Source: Bacillota bacterium (GTDB lineage Bacteria > Bacillota > Clostridia > Oscillospirales > Oscillospiraceae). Taken from it: DNA of 64,000 nucleotides. Under the pieces are notes generated by a model, which was not told the origin of the DNA, did no database searches, and was given only the letters and a program-made list of their open reading frames with translations. Position numbers and translations under genes: made by a program. This document shows, piece by piece, positions 24,773 to 34,250 of this stretch. Every line of letters begins with the position of its first letter. Within the stretch, counting starts at the first letter, position 1. The stretch is taken from assembly GCA_028719885.1 (NCBI GenBank), contig JAQYLT010000012.1, positions 26,702 through 90,701 on the forward strand, given 5' to 3'.

Positions 24773-26791
24773 ATGGGAAACAACAACTTTACCCGCAGAG
24801 ACTTTCTGAAGGGTGCCGCTGCCGGTGCCTTTGGTCTGGCCACCGCCGGAATCTTAGGCAGTCTCGGGAAAGCCTCTGCGGAGGGAATCTACACCCCCGG
24901 CACCTACACCGCCACCGCCCAGGGCATGGGCACCGTGAAGATGACCGCGGTCTTTGATGCCAACAGCATCGTCTCCATCGACCTGGATCTGGCCGAGGAG
25001 ACCCCCGCCATCGGTCAGGCCGCCAAGGACGCCATCATCGAGCAGCTGCTGGGTGCCCAGGGCACCGACATCGACGGCGTTTCCTCCGCCACCATCACCA
25101 CCAATGCTGCCAAGTCCTGCCTGGAGCAGTGCATCGCCCAGGCCAAGGGCGGCGCTGCCATCGTTAACAGCAACGTCGAGCAGGTTCTGGCCACCGAGGG
25201 CACCTTTGTCGCCACCGACATCATCCCCGAGGATGTGAACGCCTCCGCCGTGGTGATGGGGCAGATCAAGGACTTCGCCCAGGAGATCGACTGCGACATC
25301 GTGGTCTGCGGCGCCGGTGCTGCCGGTGTTGTGGCTGCCGTGAAGGCGCTGGACGAGGGCAAGAAGGTCGTGGTGCTGCAGAAGGAGCCCATCGCCGACT
25401 CCCAGGGCAACTGCGCTTCCGCTATCGTCAAGAGCGGCTCCACCCCCGGCGGTCTTGCCAGCTGGAAGAATATGTGCATCGCCACCAACGCCTGGAGAAG
25501 CGATCCCCGTCTGATCGATGCCTACATCGAGAATTCCGAGGACGCCCTGCGGTTCCTGTGCGAAAAGGGCGGCGTGGAAGGCAAGCTGGGCGACAAGAAT
25601 GAGAAAACCGGCGTGGAGGTCTACCAGTCCTCCGACACCGTGTTCACCGGCGTCCGGGTGGACGGCACCCAGAGCTGGGACTTCGGCGAGGACAAGGTGG
25701 AGATCTTCGCCCCCTGGTTCGGCCCCAAGCCCAACAACTTCGGCACTCTGGTCTCCGGCATTCTGAATGACGCCGCCGAGCAGTACGGCGATATGCTGGA
25801 TGTCCACTACTCCACTCCCGTTGTCCAGCTGATCCAGAAGGACGGCGCCGTGGTTGGCTGCATCGGCAAAGACGCCTCCGGCGCCTTCGTCAAGGTCAAC
25901 GCCAAGGCCGTCATCCTGGCCACCGGCGCTTACGAGAATAACCCCACCATGGTTCGCCGCTTCTGCCCCGACACCGAAGCCTTCGACAAGAAGGTCTACC
26001 ACCGCACCGGCGACGGCAACATCTTGGCTGTCCTGGCCGGCGGCGTGATGGAGCCCGTGGCCCACTCCACCGTTATGCACGACTTCGATGCAGGCCTCAT
26101 GTGGGACAATCCCTACCTGTTCCTGAACATGGAGGGCAAGCGCTTCACCAACGAGACCGTGGAAATGGCCTACATCTCCAAGCAGCTGCGCTGGCAGCCC
26201 AGCTTCAAGGGTGAGAACATGGATCATGAGCACCAGGAAACCGGCTCCAAGGGCTGGTACTGCCAGATCTATGACAACGACTACATGAACTACGTGGATA
26301 TGCCCATGCTGGTACCCCCCGTTGCCATGAAGAAGTACATGAAGGAAGGCCCCGCTGAGGATCATGTGGGCGTGTTCCCCCACCTCATCGACACCTTCTG
26401 CGCCGACACCCTGGAAGAGCTGGTTGAGAAGCTGGGTCTGCCCAAGGAAGAGGCTCTGGCCAGCATCGAGCGCTACAATCAGCTCTGCGATGAGGGTTAC
26501 GATCCCGACTTCGGCAAGAACCCCAAGTTCCTGAACAAGATCCAGACCGCTCCCTTCTGGGGCATCCGCCGTCACATCCGCTGCTCCTCCATCACCGCCG
26601 GTGTGCTCACTGATGCCAACTCCATGGTGGTTCGTGAGGACGGCACTCCCGTGCAGGGTCTGTACGCCGTGGGCAACCTGGGCGGCCAGTTCTTCGGCGG
26701 CTGCGACTATCCCTTCTTCTCCCCCGGCCTGTCCCTGGGCCACGCCGTGACCTTCGGCTACATCGCCGCAAAGCACGCCGCTTCCCTGTAA
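24773..26791 (+). CDS. Tat-exported flavoprotein reductase: FMN-binding (covalent flavinylation) domain + FAD-binding fumarate/urocanate-reductase-like domain
   Basis: Twin-arginine signal TRRDFLKGAAAGAF. FMN_bind motif GVSSATITTNA. Dinucleotide fold DIVVCGAGAAGVVAAV. C-terminal GLYAVGN. Confidence 0.85.
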   Translation: MGNNNFTRRDFLKGAAAGAFGLATAGILGSLGKASAEGIYTPGTYTATAQGMGTVKMTAVFDANSIVSIDLDLAEETPAIGQAAKDAIIEQLLGAQGTDIDGVSSATITTNAAKSCLEQCIAQAKGGAAIVNSNVEQVLATEGTFVATDIIPEDVNASAVVMGQIKDFAQEIDCDIVVCGAGAAGVVAAVKALDEGKKVVVLQKEPIADSQGNCASAIVKSGSTPGGLASWKNMCIATNAWRSDPRLIDAYIENSEDALRFLCEKGGVEGKLGDKNEKTGVEVYQSSDTVFTGVRVDGTQSWDFGEDKVEIFAPWFGPKPNNFGTLVSGILNDAAEQYGDMLDVHYSTPVVQLIQKDGAVVGCIGKDASGAFVKVNAKAVILATGAYENNPTMVRRFCPDTEAFDKKVYHRTGDGNILAVLAGGVMEPVAHSTVMHDFDAGLMWDNPYLFLNMEGKRFTNETVEMAYISKQLRWQPSFKGENMDHEHQETGSKGWYCQIYDNDYMNYVDMPMLVPPVAMKKYMKEGPAEDHVGVFPHLIDTFCADTLEELVEKLGLPKEEALASIERYNQLCDEGYDPDFGKNPKFLNKIQTAPFWGIRRHIRCSSITAGVLTDANSMVVREDGTPVQGLYAVGNLGGQFFGGCDYPFFSPGLSLGHAVTFGYIAAKHAASL

Positions 26792-26863
26792 ATCCCTTAT
26801 CAATTTGGGTGCCTCTGGCCTCGGCAAGGGGCACCCTTTTGTAGCGTGAAAGGAGCATATCCC

Positions 26864-27046
26864 ATGAAAATCAGCGTCCAAGAGCTTCTCATTGTTCTTT
26901 TAATCGTCCTTGTGATCTTTGGCCCCACCCAGCTGCCCAAGCTGGCCAAAACCATCGGTGAAAGCCTGAAGGGGTTCAAGAAGGGCATGGAGGACGACAC
27001 CCATGAGCAGAAGGAGCAGCCCACTGCCGATGAAAAAGAAAACTGA
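26864..27046 (+). CDS. tatA: TatA paralogue
   Basis: 60 aa counted from the ATG after AAAGGAG. The first 27 residues match the 24589 TatA at 24 of 27 positions. Confidence 0.8.
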   Translation: MKISVQELLIVLLIVLVIFGPTQLPKLAKTIGESLKGFKKGMEDDTHEQKEQPTADEKEN

Positions 27047-27782
27047 TACCGCTGATGGCAGCATGTCCCTCAGCGGCCACCTGCGGGAGCTGAGGAACCG
27101 GATCCTCGTCGTTCTGGCGGTATTCGTTGTGGGTGTGGTGGTCTGTTTTTCCTCCGCCGCCCCTGTTGTGGAGCTGCTCACCGGTCTGGGGGAGGATTTT
27201 GGTTATCAGTTCGTCTACATACGCCCCCAGGAGCTTTTGATGGTGTATTTCACCATTTCTCTTCTGGGTGCTTTTGCGCTGAGCCTCCCCGTCACCGCCT
27301 ACGAGATTTTCTCCTTTTGCAGCCCGGGTCTGAAGCAGCTTGAGAAAAGCATGATGCTCCTGGGTATGATTTTCGGCACCGTTTTCTTCGTTGTCGGGGT
27401 GCTGTTTGCCTACTTCATCACCGTTCCGTTCATGCTGCGGTTTCTGATTTCCTTCAGCAGCGATGTGGCCGTCACCGCCTCCATCAGCATCCAGGAATAC
27501 ATGTCCTTTCTTTTGATGGTTTTTACCATCTTCGGCGTCATTTTCGAACTGCCGGTGCTCAGCGTCATCCTCACCGCCCTTGGGGTCGTGCGGCCCAGCT
27601 GGCTGGTGAAAGCACGGCGGCCCATGATTGTGGCGATTTTCTTTGTGGCTGCCATCATCACCCCGCCGGATATCGTCTCCCAGATCATGGTGGCCATCCC
27701 CATCATCGCCCTGTATGAATTCAGCATCCTTCTGAGCCGTCTGGTGTACAAGGCAAAACGGAAAAAGGAAGCAGAAGCATAA
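27003..27782 (+). CDS. tatC: TatC
   Basis: Has the SLSGHLRELRNRI signature and six TM segments. The start is uncertain (27003, 27030 or 27063). Confidence 0.85.
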   Translation: MSRRSSPLPMKKKTDTADGSMSLSGHLRELRNRILVVLAVFVVGVVVCFSSAAPVVELLTGLGEDFGYQFVYIRPQELLMVYFTISLLGAFALSLPVTAYEIFSFCSPGLKQLEKSMMLLGMIFGTVFFVVGVLFAYFITVPFMLRFLISFSSDVAVTASISIQEYMSFLLMVFTIFGVIFELPVLSVILTALGVVRPSWLVKARRPMIVAIFFVAAIITPPDIVSQIMVAIPIIALYEFSILLSRLVYKAKRKKEAEA

Positions 27783-27870
27783 TTACTCCATTTCGCTGCA
27801 CCTTCCCCAGGGGTTGGCACACTCCGTGCCGGGTATGAGCAGATTGCCTTCTACCCACAGACAGTATTAC

Positions 27871-27915
27871 GCAGCCAACCATGTTCTATGAAGCATGGTT
27901 GGCTGCGTTTGCATT
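27871..27915 (+). terminator. rho-independent terminator after tatC
   Basis: GCAGCCAACCATG / CATGGTTGGCTGC followed by a T-rich tract. Confidence 0.7.
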
Positions 27916-27990
27916 TCATAGGCAAATACTGCGGGCATCTGGAAGGAGCTGCTTTCTTGCCTGAACACCTGTAAATAATAAAATCTGCTG

Positions 27991-28326
27991 GTCGGCTTAG
28001 TTCAGCAAATTGGAATTTGACGGGGAGACCCCGCTGCCAATGCGTGCCCGGGTGGTCTGTAATCGACACGCTCCTGGGTACCGCTCGGTATCGGTTCGGA
28101 TCCCCAAAAATGAATTTATCGCTCCCCCTTGGCTCCCCCTCTGGGGGAGCTGCCGAGCGAAGTGAGGCTGAGGGGGTATCGTATCGTCCGAAGGAAGAAG
28201 GCTGGAGATAGTCGATACCTTACACCATTCAACTGACGACACCCCACCCGACCTCGCAAGCTCGGCCACCCCCCAGAGGGGAGGGCGAGAGCCCGCCAAA
28301 TTCCAATTTGCTGACGAAAGCCGATA
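27991..28326. repeat. MITE-like element with ~28-nt imperfect terminal inverted repeats (17-nt perfect core CAGCAAATTGGAATTTG)
   Basis: Core at 28003-28019 and its reverse complement at 28297-28313, extended by TCGGCTT/AAGCCGA. The interior is GC-rich with hairpins and no credible ORF. Confidence 0.65.
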
Positions 28327-28340
28327 AGCATATAAATCGG

Positions 28341-28411
28341 GTAGGAGGCTGGTCATTAGTTGCCCAGCCGACCTCCCACAGAACCGTGCGTACCGGTCTG
28401 GTACACGGCTC
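28341..28411 (-). ncRNA. group II intron domain V/VI-like fragment (orphan 3' end)
   Basis: The minus strand reads GAGCCGTGT ACC AGACC GGT AC GCACGGTTC (AGC triad, 2-nt AC bulge). A second hairpin follows and ends in ...CCTCCTAC. No domain I-IV or RT ORF is adjacent. Confidence 0.35.
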
Positions 28412-28626
28412 CTCCCCTGTTTATGCCGCTACAGACTTGCGGTAGTAAGGATAGAAAAACTGGAAACCAGCCTTCTCAAGCCGTTGGTTTGAGAGGGCTG
28501 TTTGGTGCGCCCGCTGGGCGCACTATGAAAAAATGCGGAAATACATCCAGTATTCCCGCATTTTTCATGCTTTCGCTGGGGTCAAAACACTGGTCGAATC
28601 TCCTTGCACCATTATGCGGTGTTGCC

Positions 28627-29805
28627 CTAGAGCTTTACAAACCAGCCAATGATTTTCCGAAATCCCCGGTACAGGGGGCCTTCCAGTTCTCTTTGGGCGT
28701 TTTGAAGCTCCTCCCGGATGGGGATGTGCTGGGGGCAGTGCTTTTCGCATTTGCCGCAGCGGATGCAGTTGGAGGCGGCGGTGGAAGTTTTGCGGATCAT
28801 GGTGCACATCACGTAATCCTTGAGGCCATGGAAGGTGCCTTCCTGATATTTGCGGTTATAGGCGGCGAAGGTGCCGGGGATGTCTACATTCTGAGGGCAG
28901 GGCATGCAGTAGCCGCAGCCGGTGCAGCCGACCTTCATTTTGGCATTGATGGCCTTTACAACCTCTCGAAGCATTGCCTCATCCGCCTGGGTCAGTTCTC
29001 CCACGCTTGTGGTGGAAGCGGTGTGGAGATTATCCCGAACCATTTTCTCGGAGTTCATGCCCGACAGGACAACGGTGACCTCCGGCTGATTCCACAGCCA
29101 CCGGAAGGCCCACTGGGCGGGGGTGTGCCGCAGGGGGTAGTCGGCGAAAATCTTCTTCGCCCCCTCCGGCAGCCGACTAACCAGCTTTCCGCCCCGCAGG
29201 GGTTCCATAATTACAACCGGGATGCCCTTGCTGTGGGCATAGCTTAGCCCCCGGCGTCCGGCCTGAGAATGCTCGTCCATGTAGTTGTACTGGATCTGGC
29301 AGAAGTCCCAGTCCCAGGCATCCACCAGGCGGCAGAACATCTCGGAGTTTCCGTGGTAGGAAAACCCCACCTGCCGGATGGCGCCGCTTTCCTTCTTTTC
29401 CCGGAGCCAGTCCTCAATGCCCAGCCCCTTCAGCCGATCCCAGGTGGCGGTGTCCGTCAGCATATGCATCAGGTAGTAGTCCACATGGTCGGTGCGCAGG
29501 CGGCGCAGCTCCTCCGCAAAAAGCTTTTCCATGGCGTCTTTGCTTTTGATGAGATAATGGGGCAGCTTGGTGGCGATGTACACCTTATCCCGGAGGTGAT
29601 TGCGCTCCAGGATCTCTCCCAGCGCCGCTTCGCTGCCGGGATAGACGTAGGCGGTGTCAAAGTAGTTCACGCCGCCTTCAATGGCAGTCAGAAGCTCCCG
29701 CTCCGTTTCCGCCATGTCGATCAGTCCCGCCTTCCTGGGAAAGCGCATACAGCCAAAGCCCAAAACGGACAATTGATTTCCGTACCGATCCTCCCGATAA
29801 TTCAT
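28627..29805 (-). CDS. aldo/keto reductase with C-terminal 4Fe-4S ferredoxin domain
   Basis: 392 aa. AKR motifs GFGCMRF and NYFDTAYVYPGSE, plus C-terminal CTGCGYCMPCP and CIRCGKCEKHCP. Confidence 0.85.
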   Translation of the reverse strand: MNYREDRYGNQLSVLGFGCMRFPRKAGLIDMAETERELLTAIEGGVNYFDTAYVYPGSEAALGEILERNHLRDKVYIATKLPHYLIKSKDAMEKLFAEELRRLRTDHVDYYLMHMLTDTATWDRLKGLGIEDWLREKKESGAIRQVGFSYHGNSEMFCRLVDAWDWDFCQIQYNYMDEHSQAGRRGLSYAHSKGIPVVIMEPLRGGKLVSRLPEGAKKIFADYPLRHTPAQWAFRWLWNQPEVTVVLSGMNSEKMVRDNLHTASTTSVGELTQADEAMLREVVKAINAKMKVGCTGCGYCMPCPQNVDIPGTFAAYNRKYQEGTFHGLKDYVMCTMIRKTSTAASNCIRCGKCEKHCPQHIPIREELQNAQRELEGPLYRGFRKIIGWFVKL

Positions 29806-29899
29806 ATAAAATCCTCCAATCTTTCTTTCGATCCTGCCAGGGGGCTGGTGGTGTTTCCGCTTTCGGCGGCGCCGACTCGATCAGATATGCTTCCCCGGC

Positions 29900-30439
29900 T
29901 CACTGGGCTTTGTGCAGCAGATAGGGACAGAAATCCCGGGGCAGGAACATCAGGCACTGGTGCGCCAGCTTATCCGGCGGGGTTGCCATGTCCTCGAAAA
30001 GCCAGTATCGGAAGCTGTTGAAAACGCCGCCGATGTGGTAATTGCACGCCAGGGAGTGTACGGCGGCTTTGTTGTTTCCGTGCACCTGGGCAATGCGGGT
30101 GTTCAGCTCCTCCAGCAGGAGAAAGGACAGCCCCCGCTGATCCAGCAGGATCAATTCCTTCTTATACCGAAGGAAGCTCTCAAACATGCCGGTAAAATAG
30201 GCTTTGGCGGAGATATTCGCACTGACGGAGGACAGGTATTCATCCAGACGAAGCTGATAAAAGCAGCGGACCACATCCTGCTTTGTTCCGAAGTGACGGT
30301 AATAGGTGGATCGGTTCACACCGGCCTTTTCCGCAATTTCCTTCACGGAGATCTGGTCGATGACCTTGTCCTGCAAAAGCAGCAGCAGACTCTGTACGAT
30401 GCAGTCGGACAGGCCGGATGGGGCAGTCGTCTTATACAT
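29900..30439 (-). CDS. TetR/AcrR-family transcriptional regulator
   Basis: 179 aa with an N-terminal HTH (ISVKEIAEKAGVNRSTYYRHF). Confidence 0.85.
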   Translation of the reverse strand: MYKTTAPSGLSDCIVQSLLLLLQDKVIDQISVKEIAEKAGVNRSTYYRHFGTKQDVVRCFYQLRLDEYLSSVSANISAKAYFTGMFESFLRYKKELILLDQRGLSFLLLEELNTRIAQVHGNNKAAVHSLACNYHIGGVFNSFRYWLFEDMATPPDKLAHQCLMFLPRDFCPYLLHKAQ

Positions 30440-30691
30440 GGTGGTGACACCTCCATAACATGGATTCCGGAGCGTGATTCAGGGGTTTCTTTTATAAAAA
30501 TTATACGATAAAAGCAGGGAAAATACAAGCGTGGAGGAAAAACGTTCCGGTCCTCCATTGTTTAAAAAGTTCAGCAAGATACACAAAATGCGATTGCGAC
30601 AAATCCTGCCTTTTGTTGCTTGTATTTCGCCCTTTTTTTATTTATCATTAGTATTGTAATATTATACGAAATATTTGGAAAGGAGCCCTGA

Positions 30692-31360
30692 ATGGATACT
30701 TATCGTGTCATTGAGGTGAAGCAAAGCATTTTTGCTGACAACGATCGGGACGCAGACCGTCTGCGGCAGCAGATGAAGAAGGAAAAAACCTTCCTTGTAA
30801 ATCTCATGTCCTCCCCCGGTTCCGGCAAGACCACCACGCTGACGAAGCTCATTGCCGCGCTGAAGGATGACCTGCGGATCGGCGTCATGGAGGCGGATAT
30901 TGATTCGGATGTGGATGCCGACACCATCTCCCGGACCGGGGTCAAGGTGATACAGCTCCACACCGGCGGTATGTGCCATCTGGATGCGGATATGACCCGC
31001 CAGGGCATCAAGCAGCTGCAGACGCGGGAGCTGGATCTGGTGATCCTGGAAAACGTGGGCAATCTGGTCTGCCCCGCGGAATTCGATACCGGCGCGGCCA
31101 TGAATATGATGATCCTCTCTGTGCCCGAGGGCCACGACAAGCCCCTGAAATACCCCCTGGTCTTCCAGGTCTGCGATGCTATGGTCATCAACAAGATCGA
31201 TGTGCTGCCCTACTTTGACTTTGACATGGAAAAGGTCACGGAATTCGCCCGCCGCCGCAATCCCAAGATCCAAATTTTCCCCATCAGCGCAAAAACCGGA
31301 GATGGTGTGGATGCTCTGGCCGCCTACCTGAAAGAAAGAATCACGCAGTGGAAGCAATAA
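30692..31360 (+). CDS. hypB: nickel-insertion GTPase HypB
   Basis: 222 aa. P-loop SSPGSGKTT, CH metal motif GGMCHLDA, and ENVGNLVCPA. Confidence 0.88.
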   Translation: MDTYRVIEVKQSIFADNDRDADRLRQQMKKEKTFLVNLMSSPGSGKTTTLTKLIAALKDDLRIGVMEADIDSDVDADTISRTGVKVIQLHTGGMCHLDADMTRQGIKQLQTRELDLVILENVGNLVCPAEFDTGAAMNMMILSVPEGHDKPLKYPLVFQVCDAMVINKIDVLPYFDFDMEKVTEFARRRNPKIQIFPISAKTGDGVDALAAYLKERITQWKQ

Positions 31361-31373
31361 AGGAGGAAAAGAC

Positions 31374-34247
31374 ATGATTGACGAAAAGCTGAAAAACCGT
31401 GCCTTGAACCCCGTGTGCAAGGGCGATCCCGCGCCCCGGGAGAAGATCCTGAAGCTGGGCAAAAAGGTCACCGACGTGGTGCTGCACAAGCTCAAGGGCA
31501 TTACCACTGACGACCCCGAATACTGGGGTCTGGCGGCCATCCTCACCGACGAGATGGCGGACATCGCCCTGTCTATGGATGTCCGTGTGCCCTACACCCT
31601 CCCCCAGCTGATGAAGATGAACAACATCACCGAAGAGGGGAAGGCTCACTTTGAAGCGGTGCTGGAGGAAATGAGCTATATCGGCCTTCTGGAATTCGAC
31701 TATGGCTACCACTATGACCACAACGGCCGCACCGCGCCGCCTTCCGAAAAGCGGTACATTCTGACCATGTTCGTCCCCGGCTCCGCGGAGATGTTCAACA
31801 TGGAAGAGGCGGACAACCTGAGCGAAACCCCCTCCTACAATGAGCGCGGCGAGATCTCCAACTACAACAAGCGCCTGCATGACGAGCATCCCGAGGTGGG
31901 CTACTTCTTCGAGCGCATGACCTACATCCCTCTGGAGGGCGTGACCCATCTGCTGCCCCCCGGCGGCGGCGGCGTGGGTATGCACGTCATTCCCGTGGAG
32001 AAGGCCATCGAGATGGAGAATACCTCCGTGGATCTGGAGCATTTGTCCTACTGGCTGAAGAAGTACGAAGGCCACATCGGTGTGGGCCAGTGCTCCTGCC
32101 GGGCCAGCCGGGGTGTCATGGGGGAGGGCTGCGCGGACGACCCCTCCTCCTGGTGCATCGGCGTGGGCGACTTTGCCGACTACTGCCGGGAGACCGGGAA
32201 GGGCCACGACATCACCTACGAAGAAGCCATGCACATCCTGCAGGTGGCAGAGGACAACGGCTTTGTCCACCAGGTCACCAACATCGACGGCGAGAACAAG
32301 ATCTTCGGCATCTGCAACTGCAATGTGAAGATCTGCAACGCCCTGCGTACCTCCCAGCTGTTCAATACCCCCAACCTGTCCCGCAGCGCCTATACCGCCG
32401 AGGTGGATAAGGCCAAGTGCGTGGCCTGCGGCAAATGCGTGGAATACTGCCCCGCCGGGGCGGTGAAGCTGGGTCAGAAGCTCTGCGACAAGCAGGGCAA
32501 GACCGTGGAGTACCCCAAGCATGAGCTGCCCCATGGCCTGAAATGGGGCCCGGAGCATTGGGACCCCGACTACCGGGACAACAACAGAAAGAACTGCTAC
32601 GACAAGGGCACCGCGCCCTGCAAGACCGCCTGCCCCGCCCACATTGCAGTGCAGGGCTACCTGAAGCTGGCCGCCCAGGGCCGGTACACCGACGCCCTGG
32701 CGCTGATCAAGAAGGACAACCCCTTCCCCGCTGTCTGCGGCCGCATCTGCAACAAGCGCTGCGAGGACGCCTGCACCCGGGGCACCATCGATGAGGCGGT
32801 TTCCATCGATGCCGTCAAAAAGTTCATCGCCCAGAAGGATCTTGATGCCAAAACCCGCTACATTCCCCCGGTGGTGATCGCCTCCAACCGGGTCAAGACC
32901 TGGGCCCAGAAGATCGCCATCATCGGCGGCGGCCCTGCCGGTCTTTCCGCTGCCTACTATCTGGCCACCATCGGCTACAAGCCCACGGTGTTTGAAAAGA
33001 GCGCCAAGCCCGGCGGCATGATGATGTACGGCATCCCCTCTTTCAAGCTGGAAAAGGATGTCATCGACGCGGAGATCGATGTCCTGCGGGAGCTGGGCGT
33101 GGAAATCAAGTGCGGTGTGGAAGTGGGCCGGGATGTGACCATCCAGCAGCTCCGGGACCAGGGCTACGAGGCCTTCTACATTGCCATCGGCTGCCAGGGC
33201 GGCCGCCGTCCCGGCGTCCCCGGTGACCAGGCAGCGGGCACCTCCATTGCCGTGGACTTCCTGCACCATGCCCTGGAGGATGAGAGCCAGAGGATGGAAG
33301 GCAATGTGGTGGTAGTCGGCGGCGGCAACGTGGCCGTGGACTGCGTCAAGACCGCCAAGCGCTTCGGTGCCGCTAAGGTTTCCATGGTCTGTCTGGAGGA
33401 CAGAGCCTCCATGCCTGCTTCCAAAAACGAGATCGCCGAAGCCCTGGAAGAGAACATTGCCATCTGCAACAGCTGGGGTCCCAAGGAGGTCAAGGTGGAT
33501 GCAGCGGGCCATGTCACCGCCATCGTCTTCAAGAAGTGCCTGCGCACCATGGACGAGAACGGGAAATTCAACCCCGCCTATGATGAGAACGATACCATGA
33601 CCCTGGAGGCGGACCACATCGTCTTTGCCATCGGCCAGGCCATCGAGTGGGGCAGCCTGCTGGAGGGAACCAAGGTGGAATTCTGGCGGGGCAACTACCC
33701 CGTGGCAGATCCCCTCACCTACCAGACCGCTGAACCCGACATCTTCGTGGGCGGCGACGTGTACCATGGCCCCAAGTTCGTCATCGATGCCATCGAAGAG
33801 GGCAAATGCGCGGCTGAATCCCTGCACCGCTATGTCCACAAGGGCGCAGATATGAAGATCGGCCGGAACCGCCGGGACTTCATCATGCTGGACAAGGACG
33901 ACATCTATGTGGATTCCTATGACCACGCAGGCCGCCAGGAGGCGGGCATGGACGAGACCATCGATCCCCACTCCTTCCGGGATGCCCACAAGACCCTTAC
34001 CGAGGAGCAGGTGAAGATCGAGACGGCCCGCTGCCTGGGCTGCGGCGCAAGCTGGGTTGACCCCAACAAGTGCATCGGCTGCGGCGTCTGCACCACCAAG
34101 TGCATGTTTGACGCCATCCATCTGAAGCGGGATCACCCCGAGTGCACCGACATGCGCCGGGCGGAGGACAAGATCAAGGTGGTTGCCTCCATGGCCGTCA
34201 AGCGGCTGGGGGAGGACATCTCCGACCTTTTTAAGAAGAAGGACTGA
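31374..34247 (+). CDS. 957-aa multidomain Fe-S flavoprotein: Cys-rich N-terminal domain + 2x[4Fe-4S] ferredoxin + GltD-like NAD(P)H/FAD oxidoreductase + C-terminal ferredoxin
   Basis: N-terminal Cys motifs QCSCR...C...C and CNCNVKIC. Ferredoxin motif CVACGKCVEYCP. GltD-type APCKTACP...GRICNKRCEDAC. Dinucleotide fold IIGGGPAGLSAAYYL. C-terminal CLGCG...CIGCGVCTTKC. Confidence 0.75.
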   Translation: MIDEKLKNRALNPVCKGDPAPREKILKLGKKVTDVVLHKLKGITTDDPEYWGLAAILTDEMADIALSMDVRVPYTLPQLMKMNNITEEGKAHFEAVLEEMSYIGLLEFDYGYHYDHNGRTAPPSEKRYILTMFVPGSAEMFNMEEADNLSETPSYNERGEISNYNKRLHDEHPEVGYFFERMTYIPLEGVTHLLPPGGGGVGMHVIPVEKAIEMENTSVDLEHLSYWLKKYEGHIGVGQCSCRASRGVMGEGCADDPSSWCIGVGDFADYCRETGKGHDITYEEAMHILQVAEDNGFVHQVTNIDGENKIFGICNCNVKICNALRTSQLFNTPNLSRSAYTAEVDKAKCVACGKCVEYCPAGAVKLGQKLCDKQGKTVEYPKHELPHGLKWGPEHWDPDYRDNNRKNCYDKGTAPCKTACPAHIAVQGYLKLAAQGRYTDALALIKKDNPFPAVCGRICNKRCEDACTRGTIDEAVSIDAVKKFIAQKDLDAKTRYIPPVVIASNRVKTWAQKIAIIGGGPAGLSAAYYLATIGYKPTVFEKSAKPGGMMMYGIPSFKLEKDVIDAEIDVLRELGVEIKCGVEVGRDVTIQQLRDQGYEAFYIAIGCQGGRRPGVPGDQAAGTSIAVDFLHHALEDESQRMEGNVVVVGGGNVAVDCVKTAKRFGAAKVSMVCLEDRASMPASKNEIAEALEENIAICNSWGPKEVKVDAAGHVTAIVFKKCLRTMDENGKFNPAYDENDTMTLEADHIVFAIGQAIEWGSLLEGTKVEFWRGNYPVADPLTYQTAEPDIFVGGDVYHGPKFVIDAIEEGKCAAESLHRYVHKGADMKIGRNRRDFIMLDKDDIYVDSYDHAGRQEAGMDETIDPHSFRDAHKTLTEEQVKIETARCLGCGASWVDPNKCIGCGVCTTKCMFDAIHLKRDHPECTDMRRAEDKIKVVASMAVKRLGEDISDLFKKKD

Positions 34248-34250
34248 CCC

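Noticed and set aside
28506-28524. Palindrome GTGCGCCCGCTGGGCGCAC as a possible group II intron 5' end (GUGCG) paired with the domain V-like fragment
   Set aside because: It lies only about 180 nt from the putative 3' end, far too short for domains I-IV. It is more simply a hairpin near the AKR terminator.
28360-29247. 295-aa plus-strand ORF overlapping the AKR gene and the intron-like scrap
   Set aside because: It is antisense to the well-supported AKR gene, and its 5' part translates non-coding repeats.
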